Source of the DNA: Flavobacterium sp.
Lineage (GTDB): Bacteria; Bacteroidota; Bacteroidia; Flavobacteriales; Flavobacteriaceae
Reading direction: 5' to 3'
Assembly (NCBI GenBank): GCA_036386895.1
Contig: DASVUR010000002.1
Location: forward strand, 243 to 64,242
DNA length: 64,000 nt
A program made the translations under genes and the position numbers. Below are positions 11,584 to 21,473 of the stretch, one piece after another (within the stretch, counting starts at the first letter, position 1; each line of letters begins with the position of its first letter). The notes under the pieces were generated by a model that saw only the letters and a list, made by a program, of their open reading frames with translations, ran no database searches and was not told where the DNA came from.

Positions 11584-12312
11584 GTGCAATTAATCAAACT
11601 CGATGCCATAGATTCTACTAACGATTTTCTCAAGAAAATGGCACGGGAATCTGAGCTTGCAGACTTTACCGTGGTAACTGCGAAAACACAAACGAATGGC
11701 CGCGGACAAATGGGTGCCAGGTGGTACTCAGAAGCAGGTAAGAACCTGATTACCAGTATATATATTAAAGATTCAGTTCCCGGCTTATCGCAATTACATC
11801 TTCTAAACATCGCTGTAGCAATTTCAGTGGCCGAAGTTCTTGAGGCTCAATCCGTAGAAGATCTCAGCGTAAAATGGCCGAACGACATTATGGCAGCCAA
11901 CAAAAAATGCGGCGGGATCCTGATCGAAAACAACATCCGTCCTAACGGCAGAATTGACTGTGTGATTGGCATCGGATTAAACGTAAATCAGCAAGGCTTT
12001 GAAGACCTTCCCGGAGCAACCTCGCTGGGAGTTGTGACAGGCAAAAGCTTCGACATTGATGAGCTCCTGACAGCCATCCTAAACAGCATTCAGAAAAACA
12101 CGATAGCGATCGCAGATGGAAAAGAACGTTTGCTTCGTGAGTATTACAAACGACTGTTTAAAAAGGATATTCCGATGTCGTTCAAAAGCAGCAATGACGG
12201 GATTTTCGTCGGAATAATCCGCGGAATAGACGAATCCGGTTCGTTGCTTGTCGAGCTTGAAGATCAATCTGTCAGTTCTTTTCGGTTGAAAGAAATTACA
12301 ATGCTGTATTAG
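11584..12312 (+). CDS. birA: Biotin--acetyl-CoA-carboxylase ligase (no HTH)
   Basis: IDSTN, QTNGRGQMG, VKWPNDI, KCGGILIE, IGIGLNVN; GTG start. Confidence 0.93.
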   Translation: MQLIKLDAIDSTNDFLKKMARESELADFTVVTAKTQTNGRGQMGARWYSEAGKNLITSIYIKDSVPGLSQLHLLNIAVAISVAEVLEAQSVEDLSVKWPNDIMAANKKCGGILIENNIRPNGRIDCVIGIGLNVNQQGFEDLPGATSLGVVTGKSFDIDELLTAILNSIQKNTIAIADGKERLLREYYKRLFKKDIPMSFKSSNDGIFVGIIRGIDESGSLLVELEDQSVSSFRLKEITMLY

Positions 12313-14560
12313 CCGAGTCTATAGGGAAATACAGTCGAAACTCAGCCCCGATACCAGGTTTGCCCTTTGCGGAGATATAGCCGTTGTGCGCTTTCATGAT
12401 CTTCTTGCATAAAGCCAGGCCAATACCCGAACCCTCGCTTTGCGCTTCCCCATTTAGCTTTTTGAAGATGTTAAAAATAGATTTTTCATACTGCGCTTCA
12501 AAGCCGATCCCATTGTCGGCGATTACAATAACTTCAAATAGCGGAGCTGCATCTGGCAGGCCCTCCAAAGGTTGTGGAACGCCCGCTGATCGCACCGTAA
12601 TTTCCATATCGCGCCGAACGTCTGAAAATTTAATAGCGTTGTTCAGCAAGTTCGAAAACAGCTGCTTTAATAAAAAGGGTATCGCATTTATTTTCGGAAG
12701 TGCTCCCACATCAATCCGTGTGGCTTTTTCGGCAGCGTATTCTGCTATTTCGGATATGACTTCCCTTAGAATGGGGGTAGGATCAAGCTTTTCTGGTTCG
12801 TTCTCCGTATGCGGTATTTTCGTGTACTTTAAAATATCTGTCAATAACCGGCGCATTCGCTGGGCAGAGTTACTCATCCGCATTACATCATGAACTACTT
12901 TCTCGGGAAGATTTTCGTTCTGAATCAATAGCCGCGACGCATGAAGTTGAATTTTACGGAGCGGCTCCTGAAGGTCATGCGTGCTGATCCAGTTGATATT
13001 TTCAAGTTCCGAATTCGTTTCTGTCAGGATTTGATTCAGTTCGTTATTTTGTTTTTCTTTTTCTGTTAGCAAAATCAAGTTTGTCCTGATCCTTAGTGAA
13101 TAGGCAAAATTTGCAGCGGAATGAAGTTCAGGCTGAAGCCATGGTTTACTCTGGCATTTCACAAGTTCCTTCCAAAGGGCAAACGAATTTCTCGGCGAAA
13201 GCCCTTTTTCATCTTTAATGATCGCCTTGCCTGGATCGCCGCCCCAATGTACTTCATTAACGGTTTCTGGTCGGAACCAGATGATAAAATTCCCGCTTCC
13301 CAGCGGATGAAAGATCACTCCTGCTATTTCTGTACAGTCGATGTCAGTCAAATAATCCATCACCTTGTCTGTTGAAAAACCGTCGCCTTTACGATTTGCT
13401 TCATTTCCAACTTCCCGGATCTGTTTGTCTGACGGTGCATCGCCACATTTATAAACCTGTCCGTCAAAAACGATCGCCACTCCCGAAGCATTGCATAAAC
13501 GCAGCAAGTCGGGGTTGTTCGCAATCATCTCCAACGATGCACGTGATGGCGAAAGGTCATCCGAATTCAAACGGTTCACAGCTGCATCCGTAACACGGGC
13601 GATCTCATATTCTTCGTTTTTCTGGCGCACTTCAATCTGGGAGGTAATAAAATGCCCCTGAAGCTGTGCCGCAAGCCTGACTTCGGGCGCAATGTTTTTG
13701 GCTGAGTAATGATGGCATGCAATGAGTCCCCAAAGCCTTTTTTGATGGAGTAAAGAAATGGTAAGCGTAGCGCCAACACCCATGTTTTGAAGGTATTGCA
13801 TGTGAATGGGCGACGAGCTTCGAAGAACCGACAGACTAAGATCGAGCGAGTTGTTGTCTTTGTTTCCGATTGCGTATATCGGAACCGGAACATAGTTGAC
13901 GTCTGAAATCAGCCGCAGCAGGTTTCTCATATAAAGTTCGCGCGCCTGAACCGGAATATCGGTATGTGGATAATGCAACCCTAAAAAGGGTTCAATTTCG
14001 TCGTTGCGACTTTCTGCAAACACCTCGCCGTTATAATCGTTGTCGAATCTATAAATCATAACGCGATCATAGCCCGTGAGTTGGCGTGTACCTTCGGCGA
14101 CAAGCTGACAAAGCTGCTGCAGCGTATGCGTCTCGTGCATGTACGACAAAAATTGTGACGTCTGTTCATAAATTGTTGTTGGAGCTTCTTCCGATTGGGG
14201 TGCCGGCTCGAGTTCAACAACGTAAACCGTTCCAGCTAGATGAACTGTAGCTGTGAAGCAAACCTCAGAAAGCGTCAAACCAAGCGGTGAGGCCGACAGC
14301 ATTTTCTTGTTCGAAATGTAATCAAGCAATATTTGGTGCTGGGCATCGCCAAACAAATCGGCTGCAGGCCTTCCAAGCAACGTTGAATGGGTTATCTGAA
14401 TGAATTCATGGATATTTCCACTGCAAAATTCGATATGGAAACTTTCTGAATTCAGTCCAATCAGGAAACCGTGGGGCTGAATGCTACCCGGAATATGAAT
14501 GGGTTCACTCTCGCAATTTTGAAGGTTAACCAAATCGCGGTTCAGGATATCCTTAATCAT
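12296..14560 (-). CDS. bphP: Bacteriophytochrome (PAS-GAF-PHY-HisKA-HATPase)
   Basis: N-terminal bilin-binding Cys in NCESEPIHIPGSIQPHG; DRVMIYRF, HTDIP, SPIHMQY, WGGDP and PRNSF; H-box THDLQEPLRK plus N/G1/G2 boxes. Confidence 0.95.
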   Translation of the reverse strand: MIKDILNRDLVNLQNCESEPIHIPGSIQPHGFLIGLNSESFHIEFCSGNIHEFIQITHSTLLGRPAADLFGDAQHQILLDYISNKKMLSASPLGLTLSEVCFTATVHLAGTVYVVELEPAPQSEEAPTTIYEQTSQFLSYMHETHTLQQLCQLVAEGTRQLTGYDRVMIYRFDNDYNGEVFAESRNDEIEPFLGLHYPHTDIPVQARELYMRNLLRLISDVNYVPVPIYAIGNKDNNSLDLSLSVLRSSSPIHMQYLQNMGVGATLTISLLHQKRLWGLIACHHYSAKNIAPEVRLAAQLQGHFITSQIEVRQKNEEYEIARVTDAAVNRLNSDDLSPSRASLEMIANNPDLLRLCNASGVAIVFDGQVYKCGDAPSDKQIREVGNEANRKGDGFSTDKVMDYLTDIDCTEIAGVIFHPLGSGNFIIWFRPETVNEVHWGGDPGKAIIKDEKGLSPRNSFALWKELVKCQSKPWLQPELHSAANFAYSLRIRTNLILLTEKEKQNNELNQILTETNSELENINWISTHDLQEPLRKIQLHASRLLIQNENLPEKVVHDVMRMSNSAQRMRRLLTDILKYTKIPHTENEPEKLDPTPILREVISEIAEYAAEKATRIDVGALPKINAIPFLLKQLFSNLLNNAIKFSDVRRDMEITVRSAGVPQPLEGLPDAAPLFEVIVIADNGIGFEAQYEKSIFNIFKKLNGEAQSEGSGIGLALCKKIMKAHNGYISAKGKPGIGAEFRLYFPIDSANTAL

Positions 14561-15149
14561 GTTTCAGATGTTCGTAAATTGATTGGAACGCAAACCGGGC
14601 GCCACTAACAATAGCATCCTGATGTTCTTCAGACGAGAATTGGAACATTGCGGCTAAAAAGTTTTTCCAGTAGCTGCCGGTGGCATTTTGGTAACCTGCA
14701 AAGTACGATGCCCCATTTTGTGGATCTAGCGCCAGTACATCCGTTACGTTGTTCAGGATAAAGCGTCCGCCCAGGGTCGAGCCTTCAATCACATAGGCGA
14801 TACCCATGGCAAATTGGATGTCAATCGTTTTAGGTAAATCAAGTACTTCGAGTCTTTGTGGAACCTCAGCCGATAGAAACAAAAGATCATTTTCGATCAG
14901 GTGCAATTTGTAACGCAGGTCCATGTCGGGAACAACGTCGCGCAAAACAGGAAATACGGTTCGTTCCACCTGTTCGACAACATTGTACATTAACCGAAGA
15001 TATCTTATGTAGTCAGAAGCTGAAAGATCTTTGCTGACAATGGCCTTTGAAAGAGGCAAAGTTTCAAGCTTAGTGTGTTCCTGACGGGTTTTGGAACGTA
15101 AATTTTCGAGAAACAAAGGAGTTTCCCCAAGAGCGATAATTGAATTCAT
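14553..15149 (-). CDS. bphO: Biliverdin-producing heme oxygenase
   Basis: TRQEH proximal His; YVIEGSTLGG distal helix; overlaps the bphP start. Confidence 0.92.
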   Translation of the reverse strand: MNSIIALGETPLFLENLRSKTRQEHTKLETLPLSKAIVSKDLSASDYIRYLRLMYNVVEQVERTVFPVLRDVVPDMDLRYKLHLIENDLLFLSAEVPQRLEVLDLPKTIDIQFAMGIAYVIEGSTLGGRFILNNVTDVLALDPQNGASYFAGYQNATGSYWKNFLAAMFQFSSEEHQDAIVSGARFAFQSIYEHLKHD

Positions 15150-15304
15150 TGCAATCAGGCGGAATAAACAGTTAATGACGCGGATGTATGATTTAAGCCC
15201 GGGGCGTGCTCAAGCAGATTTGTCCGTGCGGCACCATGGGAATGGTACTCCTGATCAAAAATAGAAAAAACTTCCCGAGCGCTGAAGCTTCTTAACAGTT
15301 TATA

Positions 15305-15332
15305 TAAAAAAGCCTCTCCGGCGGGAAAGGCT
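15305..15332 (-). terminator. Intrinsic terminator after the SRPBCC gene
   Basis: Minus strand AGCCTTTCC-cgcc-GGAGAGGCT-TTTTT. Confidence 0.8.
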
Positions 15333-15354
15333 GATGGAACTACATATTTTCGAG

Positions 15355-15747
15355 TTATAATTTGACCATGTTAGCGGCCAGTGTTTCAATAAACTTGCTG
15401 ATAGGGCCCTTAACCATCATCGCCATCATCGCATTAAATTCTCCTTGAAAAAAAAGTTGCACCTGCGATCGATTTTCAGACAATTCCTGAATATCTGCCG
15501 TTAACGTAAACGGAAGCTTATCGCTCGCAGCGCCGAGTACGATCTTATTGGGCGCCATTTTCTGCTTTGTTACCAGCTTTATCTCGGGCATGCCTGCTAA
15601 TCCGAAAACAAAGGAATCCGGAGCTGTAACTTCAAACTTGGCGGTGTTTTCAGGCATCAGCGTCTTGAAGTTGCCAATATCGGAAAGAGAATCAAATAAT
15701 TGTTGTGCCGATTTTTCGACTGTAACTTTCTGGCTTTCGAGGTTCAT
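15355..15747 (-). CDS. SRPBCC/CoxG-like protein
   Basis: 130 aa START-like pattern, C-terminal MAMMVKGPISKFIETLA helix; co-oriented with pyrE. Confidence 0.75.
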   Translation of the reverse strand: MNLESQKVTVEKSAQQLFDSLSDIGNFKTLMPENTAKFEVTAPDSFVFGLAGMPEIKLVTKQKMAPNKIVLGAASDKLPFTLTADIQELSENRSQVQLFFQGEFNAMMAMMVKGPISKFIETLAANMVKL

Positions 15748-15771
15748 GCGTTTTATTTTGAATTACTGCAG

Positions 15772-16416
15772 CTATTCTGCATTCCATGTTTCAGGATTCG
15801 CGCTCCATTGTTGAAGTACCGCCTGTTCTTTTTCAGTAATGTATTTTTTAGAGACCGCGAGGTTTAGCAAATGCTCATAATTTGCCAATGTACATAAATC
15901 GATTCCGGATTGTTTGAAATTTTCTTCGGCGACCGCAAATCCGTACGTAAAGATCGCGACCATTCCCTTAACATTTGCCCCGGCTTCGCGCAGTGCGGTA
16001 ACTGCCTGCAGACTGCTGTTTCCTGTGCTGATCAGGTCTTCAACCACCACAACATTTTGGCCGCGTTGTAGAAATCCTTCAACCTGGTTCTGCTTACCGT
16101 GTTTTTTCGGCTCCGGCCGAACGTACACAAACGGAAGTCCCATATATTCGGCCACAAGCACGCCAATTCCGATTGCTCCGGTTGCAACGCCGGCAATAAC
16201 ATCAGGCTTTCCGAATTTTTTTTCTATGTTTTTTGAAAACTCCTCACGAATATAATTTCTGATAGGCGGAAACGACAAAACCAGCCGGTTGTCGCAGTAA
16301 ATCGGCGATTTCCAACCCGATGCCCATGTAAACGGATTTTTGGGATTCAATTTAATTGCATTTATTTGTAAAAGCAATTCGGCGGTCTTTTCAGCTGTAT
16401 CTTTATTAAAAATCAT
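15772..16416 (-). CDS. pyrE: Orotate phosphoribosyltransferase
   Basis: WASGWKSPIYCDNR, VVVVEDLISTGNS (PRPP site); start reset to MIFNKD. Confidence 0.95.
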   Translation of the reverse strand: MIFNKDTAEKTAELLLQINAIKLNPKNPFTWASGWKSPIYCDNRLVLSFPPIRNYIREEFSKNIEKKFGKPDVIAGVATGAIGIGVLVAEYMGLPFVYVRPEPKKHGKQNQVEGFLQRGQNVVVVEDLISTGNSSLQAVTALREAGANVKGMVAIFTYGFAVAEENFKQSGIDLCTLANYEHLLNLAVSKKYITEKEQAVLQQWSANPETWNAE

Positions 16417-16420
16417 ACTA

Positions 16421-16450
16421 CAAATGTATAAAGTTTTTGTAAACGACAAA
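16421..16450 (-). promoter_or_regulatory. sigma-ABfr-type promoter of pyrE (probably leaderless)
   Basis: Minus strand TTTG-N18-TACATTTG-tagt-ATG. Confidence 0.65.
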
Positions 16451-17017
16451 CCTCTTTTCCTGACAAATGAGATACAAAAAGAGACCGACTTCCAGCTGTT
16501 TTTACTTGAGAGTGTTGACATAAAGCAGCTTATTGTAAAAATGTTTCAGAACAAGATCCAACAGGCCTATTTATATCATCCGGATGAAAAGGAGATTCTG
16601 AAAACGCTCAAATCGAAGATGCCTGTACAGAAAGCCGGCGGCGGACTGGTTTACAATCTGAAAGGCGAGGTATTGTTTATTTTTCGCAATGGAAAATGGG
16701 ATTTGCCAAAAGGCGGAATCGAGAAAGGCGAGGAAATTGACAGTACAGCTTTGCGCGAAGTGGAAGAAGAAACCGGTGTTGAAGATTTATTTATCACCAG
16801 CAAGCTTCAAAAAACCTATCATATTTTTAAGCGCAACGGACGCTACAAGCTAAAGATTACGCACTGGTTTGAGATGGAAACCAACTACGGTGGCCCGCTG
16901 AATCCGCAGCAAAGCGAAGGCATCGAAAAAGCGCAATGGCTGAATCCGGCGCAGGTGAAAATGGCCCTTCAAAACTCGTATGAAAATATCAAACTGCTGT
17001 TCGAAGAAAAAAAATAA
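16424..17017 (+). CDS. NUDIX hydrolase
   Basis: Nudix box GGIEKGEEIDSTALREVEEETG; start reset to MYKVFV. Confidence 0.9.
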   Translation: MYKVFVNDKPLFLTNEIQKETDFQLFLLESVDIKQLIVKMFQNKIQQAYLYHPDEKEILKTLKSKMPVQKAGGGLVYNLKGEVLFIFRNGKWDLPKGGIEKGEEIDSTALREVEEETGVEDLFITSKLQKTYHIFKRNGRYKLKITHWFEMETNYGGPLNPQQSEGIEKAQWLNPAQVKMALQNSYENIKLLFEEKK

Positions 17018-18751
17018 TCAGTGCATTTTACGATACACCGGATATTGCAAATGCGACTTCTCGTAATATTCCGAATGCCGGTAAACCCAATCCAATTGTG
17101 CCTCTCCCGATTCGGCAAACGCATTATCATCCCGTTTTAGTTTGTCGAATTCCGCTTTTAACGCCAAATCTTTATCAAGAATTTCACGCGCCAGGTCTTC
17201 AAAAACATAAGCCGAATAATGTTCTTTCTGTTGCAGGATCGAGTCGAAGAAATTCCATGAGAAATAAGAATCGGCAGCCTGTGGCTCAAGTGTTTCAAGT
17301 AAGTATTTAATTCCCGGCTGCTGCGTATCGATTAGAAGATCACCGGTGTGGAACAATACTTTTTCAGTTGTCGGAATAACCTCCACGTTAGTATGCGGAT
17401 AATGTCCTTCGTAAGCATACGTCGCGGTTTTATACGTTCCGATGCGGTAGCTTTCCACGATGAATTCAGCGTCTTTAGTAAGCGGAGTCATTTCAATGTT
17501 ATTCAGCTTTAAGAGGTCGACAACGTTCCACCACGACTTCGGAATAATATACGCCTGCGGAATAGTGACCCGGACCTTTGGCTTAAACTCTGTGTAATAC
17601 GAAACCTGCTTTTTAAACGGCTTTGTACGATCATAGTACAGCCGCGGTTTGCCAGAAATGTCGCTTGCTTTGTATCCGCCTTCATATCCCAAAAATGGAA
17701 TTTCTGATCGTTGGTCACGGTCGATCTCCCACTGCAATGTATATCTGGAACCAACCGAATGCTCCTGATTATTTTGCTGTTTCAGTGCTTTAACCTGTTT
17801 ATAGTTTTGGTCGAGATAGTCTAGAGATTCAAGCATGAACTCGTATGTTACATGTACGCGTGAAGCATAATTTTTCAACATGTGCGTCTCGGGCATCGCC
17901 CCCATAACATTAAACATCGACGCATAGCCGGTTGAATAACGTGGCGAATCCATAAAAGCTTCAAAGCCGTCGTCGGGTTTCTCATCATGAATGTTCACAT
18001 ATGGAACCGCATCAATTTGCTTTTTGTTCAAACGCCGCAAAATGGCCGGAAGTAGCTCGTCTTTCCAATACGTTCCGAGTGCGCCGCCAAGTTTCTGATA
18101 CTGCGTTGCGATATACGTGAACGTATACTGATAATCTGCGCCATTGCTAACGTGGTTGTCGATGAGCAAATCGGGTTTTACAAGATGGAAAATTTCAGCA
18201 AAGCTGCGGGCATTTCGTGTATCGGATTTTAGAAAATCGCGATTTAGATCGTAGTTTCTCGCATTTCCGCGGAAACCATAGCTCTCAGGCCCATTTTGAT
18301 TTGCGCGCGAATGCGAGTTACGGTTTAGCGCGCCGCCAATATTGTAAATGGGAATGTTAACGATTACGACGTTTTTTGGAACCTCCGTCTTTTTCATTGC
18401 CAGATCGCGATAAAGCATCATAGTCGCATCAATGCCGTCTGGTTCACCCGGATGAATTCCGTTGTTGATCAGCAAGACTGCCTTTTTCGCTGTAATTTTA
18501 TCAAAATTAACCTTTCCTTCGGCGTTAAAAATTACGATGTGCAACGGCTCGCCACTATCGGTTTGCCCCATTTCACGCACTTCAACCGACTCGAAATGTT
18601 CGTCCAGATCTTGAAAATATGCAATCGTTTCCTCGTAAGTTGCCGTTTGGTTGCCGTTGCCGTTTTCAAACGGAGTCTTGAAGTCGTTCTGAGCGTTGGT
18701 CATCATCGAAAAAAGTATAAGAATTGATAGATAAATCTTCATCGGAGGCAT
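17018..18751 (-). CDS. Secreted M14 zinc carboxypeptidase family protein
   Basis: GIHPGEPDG (HxxE), DLNRDF, IDNHVSNG; signal peptide; start reset to 18751. Confidence 0.85.
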   Translation of the reverse strand: MPPMKIYLSILILFSMMTNAQNDFKTPFENGNGNQTATYEETIAYFQDLDEHFESVEVREMGQTDSGEPLHIVIFNAEGKVNFDKITAKKAVLLINNGIHPGEPDGIDATMMLYRDLAMKKTEVPKNVVIVNIPIYNIGGALNRNSHSRANQNGPESYGFRGNARNYDLNRDFLKSDTRNARSFAEIFHLVKPDLLIDNHVSNGADYQYTFTYIATQYQKLGGALGTYWKDELLPAILRRLNKKQIDAVPYVNIHDEKPDDGFEAFMDSPRYSTGYASMFNVMGAMPETHMLKNYASRVHVTYEFMLESLDYLDQNYKQVKALKQQNNQEHSVGSRYTLQWEIDRDQRSEIPFLGYEGGYKASDISGKPRLYYDRTKPFKKQVSYYTEFKPKVRVTIPQAYIIPKSWWNVVDLLKLNNIEMTPLTKDAEFIVESYRIGTYKTATYAYEGHYPHTNVEVIPTTEKVLFHTGDLLIDTQQPGIKYLLETLEPQAADSYFSWNFFDSILQQKEHYSAYVFEDLAREILDKDLALKAEFDKLKRDDNAFAESGEAQLDWVYRHSEYYEKSHLQYPVYRKMH

Positions 18752-18833
18752 TTTGTCAAAAGTACTCAAATTCTAATGCGCTTGGTTGGGTTTTGATGAC
18801 TCCCAAAAGCATATTTTTGCAAAAAATTCTCAG

Positions 18834-19646
18834 ATGTTAGCCGAACTCTTAGCCGATTATTCACTTTGGACAATCATCGGCCTCGCGTTTTTATGCCTCA
18901 TTGCAGGCTTCCTGGACGCGGTTGTGGGCGGCGGCGGATTAATTACCGTGCCAACACTGCTGATAAATTTTCCGTCGAGTTCGCTTCCAACGCTCTTCGG
19001 AACAAACAAAATTGCTGCACTTTCAGGCACATCGGTCTCGGCCTATCATTATTCGAAGAAGATTACATTCAATTACAAGCTTTTGCTGACCGTGGCATTG
19101 GCTGCGGCCGGAGCTTCTTTTCTAGGCGCACGCGTTGTGAGCTTGTTGAACGCGAACCTGCTGAAGCCGCTTATACTCATAATTCTGATCGTCATTGCGA
19201 TTTACACTTACGTTAAGAAAGAGCTTGGCGCTGTCCACACAAAGGCGCTTCCCGTTCAGCGACAAATGCTGTTGGGTGCGATAATCGGACTTGTAGCCGG
19301 ATTTTACGATGGCTTCTTCGGACCCGGAACGGGAAGTTTCCTGATCATGGGCTTTGTGGCCGTGCTTGGTTTTGATTTCCTGAGCGCGTCGGCGTATTCG
19401 AAGGTGATCAACTGCGTCACCAACTTTTCGGCGCTGACCGTGTTCGTCCGCAACGGAGACTATATTATCGAAATTGCTGTTTTAATGGCGATTTGCCTGG
19501 TTATAGGAAATTTTGCAGGGACGAAAATAGCGTTACGGCGCGGCAGTGGTTTTGTAAGGAGCATTTTCCTGTTCATTGTCCTGATCATGATTGTTCGCTA
19601 TGGCTACGACGTTATCGAATCTTTAGGCATTCTCCAACATTTTTAA
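18834..19646 (+). CDS. TauE/SafE (TSUP) family membrane transporter
   Basis: AGFLDAVVGGGGLI and GFYDGFFGPGTGSF; start reset to MLAELL. Confidence 0.88.
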   Translation: MLAELLADYSLWTIIGLAFLCLIAGFLDAVVGGGGLITVPTLLINFPSSSLPTLFGTNKIAALSGTSVSAYHYSKKITFNYKLLLTVALAAAGASFLGARVVSLLNANLLKPLILIILIVIAIYTYVKKELGAVHTKALPVQRQMLLGAIIGLVAGFYDGFFGPGTGSFLIMGFVAVLGFDFLSASAYSKVINCVTNFSALTVFVRNGDYIIEIAVLMAICLVIGNFAGTKIALRRGSGFVRSIFLFIVLIMIVRYGYDVIESLGILQHF

Positions 19647-19664
19647 ATGCGTTACCTTTGCCCG

Positions 19665-21014
19665 ATGAAACACCATCATTCGAATAATATACTGCTGAAT
19701 CTGGGCATCGATAGCCTGAATGAAATGCAACACGCGGCACACGAAGCAATCCTGAACGAGCCAAACGTTTTATTGCTCTCGCCAACCGGTTCCGGAAAGA
19801 CACTCGCTTTTCTAATGCCGATATTCGAAGTTATCGATACCGATGCAACCGGCGTCCAGTGCCTGGTTTTAGTTCCCTCACGCGAGCTTGCACTTCAGAT
19901 TGAACACGTTTGGAAGAAAATGGGAACAGGAAGTAAAGTAAATGTTTGTTATGGCGGACATTCGATAGATACGGAAATCAAGAACCTAAGCAATCCGCCT
20001 GCCGTTTTAATTGGGACACCTGGAAGAATAGCCGATCATCTCGAAAGGAGAACTTTTGATCCGGGAAATATCGAGACACTTGTACTTGACGAGTTCGACA
20101 AGTCGCTTCAGCTTGGCTTTCACCAAGAAATGTCGTTTATCATCCGGCAATTGCCAAAAATTAATAAACGAATTTTAGTTTCAGCGACTGCTTCAATAGA
20201 GATTCCGCGCTTCACACAAGTTTCAAACCCACATGTCCTGGATTTTATTCCGACTGAAGAAGAAACTTCGAACCTTACGATCCGGCTTGTGAGGGCAGAG
20301 TCAAAAGACAAGCTTGAAACGCTGTTCAAATTGTTGTGTTCATTAAAATCGGAATCGGCGATCATTTTCTGCAATCATCGTGAAGCGGTAGAACGCGTCA
20401 GCGAGCTGCTGAACGCAAAAGGGATCCTGGCAACATACTATCACGGCGGAATGGATCAGGAGGAACGGGAGCGCGCGCTGATCCAGTTTAGAAACGGAAG
20501 CGTCCGTTATTTGATAACCACTGATCTTGCGGCACGCGGACTCGATATTCCTGAGATAAAACATGTAATCCATTACCATCTTCCGGCAAAAGAAGACGAA
20601 TTCACGCACCGAAACGGTCGAACAGCCCGAATGTTAGCCTCAGGAACAGCTTACCTGCTTATTCACGAAACCGAAAAGAAACTTGATTATATCGATTATT
20701 CGACGCCCGAATTTAAGCTGGATGCGAACGCAAAACTGCCTAAAACGCCTGACTTCAAAACGATCTACATCAGCGGCGGAAAGAAAAATAAGCTCAACAA
20801 GATCGATATAGTGGGGTTCTTTTCGCAAAAAGGCAAACTTGACAAAACCGATCTCGGCTTAATCGAAGTCAAGGACTTTATCTCATTTGCAGCGGTAAAA
20901 TCAAGCAAAGTGGGCGATTTGCTGAAGAATGTCCGCGAAGAAAAAATGAAAGGAAAGAAATTCAAGATTGAAGTCGCACGCAACGTTGTCAAAAAAGAAG
21001 AAGGCGAGAGATAA
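19665..21014 (+). CDS. DEAD-box RNA helicase with DbpA-type C-terminal RNA-binding domain
   Basis: SPTGSGKT, PSRELA, TPGR, DEFD, SAT, ARGLD and HRNGRTAR; start reset to 19665. Confidence 0.92.
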   Translation: MKHHHSNNILLNLGIDSLNEMQHAAHEAILNEPNVLLLSPTGSGKTLAFLMPIFEVIDTDATGVQCLVLVPSRELALQIEHVWKKMGTGSKVNVCYGGHSIDTEIKNLSNPPAVLIGTPGRIADHLERRTFDPGNIETLVLDEFDKSLQLGFHQEMSFIIRQLPKINKRILVSATASIEIPRFTQVSNPHVLDFIPTEEETSNLTIRLVRAESKDKLETLFKLLCSLKSESAIIFCNHREAVERVSELLNAKGILATYYHGGMDQEERERALIQFRNGSVRYLITTDLAARGLDIPEIKHVIHYHLPAKEDEFTHRNGRTARMLASGTAYLLIHETEKKLDYIDYSTPEFKLDANAKLPKTPDFKTIYISGGKKNKLNKIDIVGFFSQKGKLDKTDLGLIEVKDFISFAAVKSSKVGDLLKNVREEKMKGKKFKIEVARNVVKKEEGER

Positions 21015-21473
21015 TTAGTTCACCTTCACTGACGGCGGGACCAAAATTGAATAATTGCCGCCATTTCTGATCACATCGCGAACAATACTTGAACTGATAA
21101 ACGCTGTATCGGCAGCAGTCAGTAAAAACACCGTTTCAATTTTTGACAGTTTCCGGTTGGTATGTGCGATTGCTTTTTCAAACTCGAAGTCGGCAGGATT
21201 TCTTAATCCTCGCAAAATAAACTGAGCATCCATTTTTTTACAGATATCAATTGTCAATCCTTCATAGGTTATTACGCAAACCGATGGCTGGTCTTTAAAA
21301 CTGTCTTCAATAAATTTCTTTCGATCTTCCAGTGGGAACATGTATTTCTTTTCCGCATTAATTCCGATAGCCACGATGATCTGGTCAAATAGTGGAATGC
21401 TACGTTTGATGATATCGAAATGGCCTAACGTGATCGGATCGAACGAGCCAGGAAAAACTGCTATTTTTGCCAT
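21015..21473 (-). CDS. coaD: Phosphopantetheine adenylyltransferase
   Basis: FPGSFDPITLGH, LRGLR, DFEFE, ISSSIVR. Confidence 0.96.
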   Translation of the reverse strand: MAKIAVFPGSFDPITLGHFDIIKRSIPLFDQIIVAIGINAEKKYMFPLEDRKKFIEDSFKDQPSVCVITYEGLTIDICKKMDAQFILRGLRNPADFEFEKAIAHTNRKLSKIETVFLLTAADTAFISSSIVRDVIRNGGNYSILVPPSVKVN

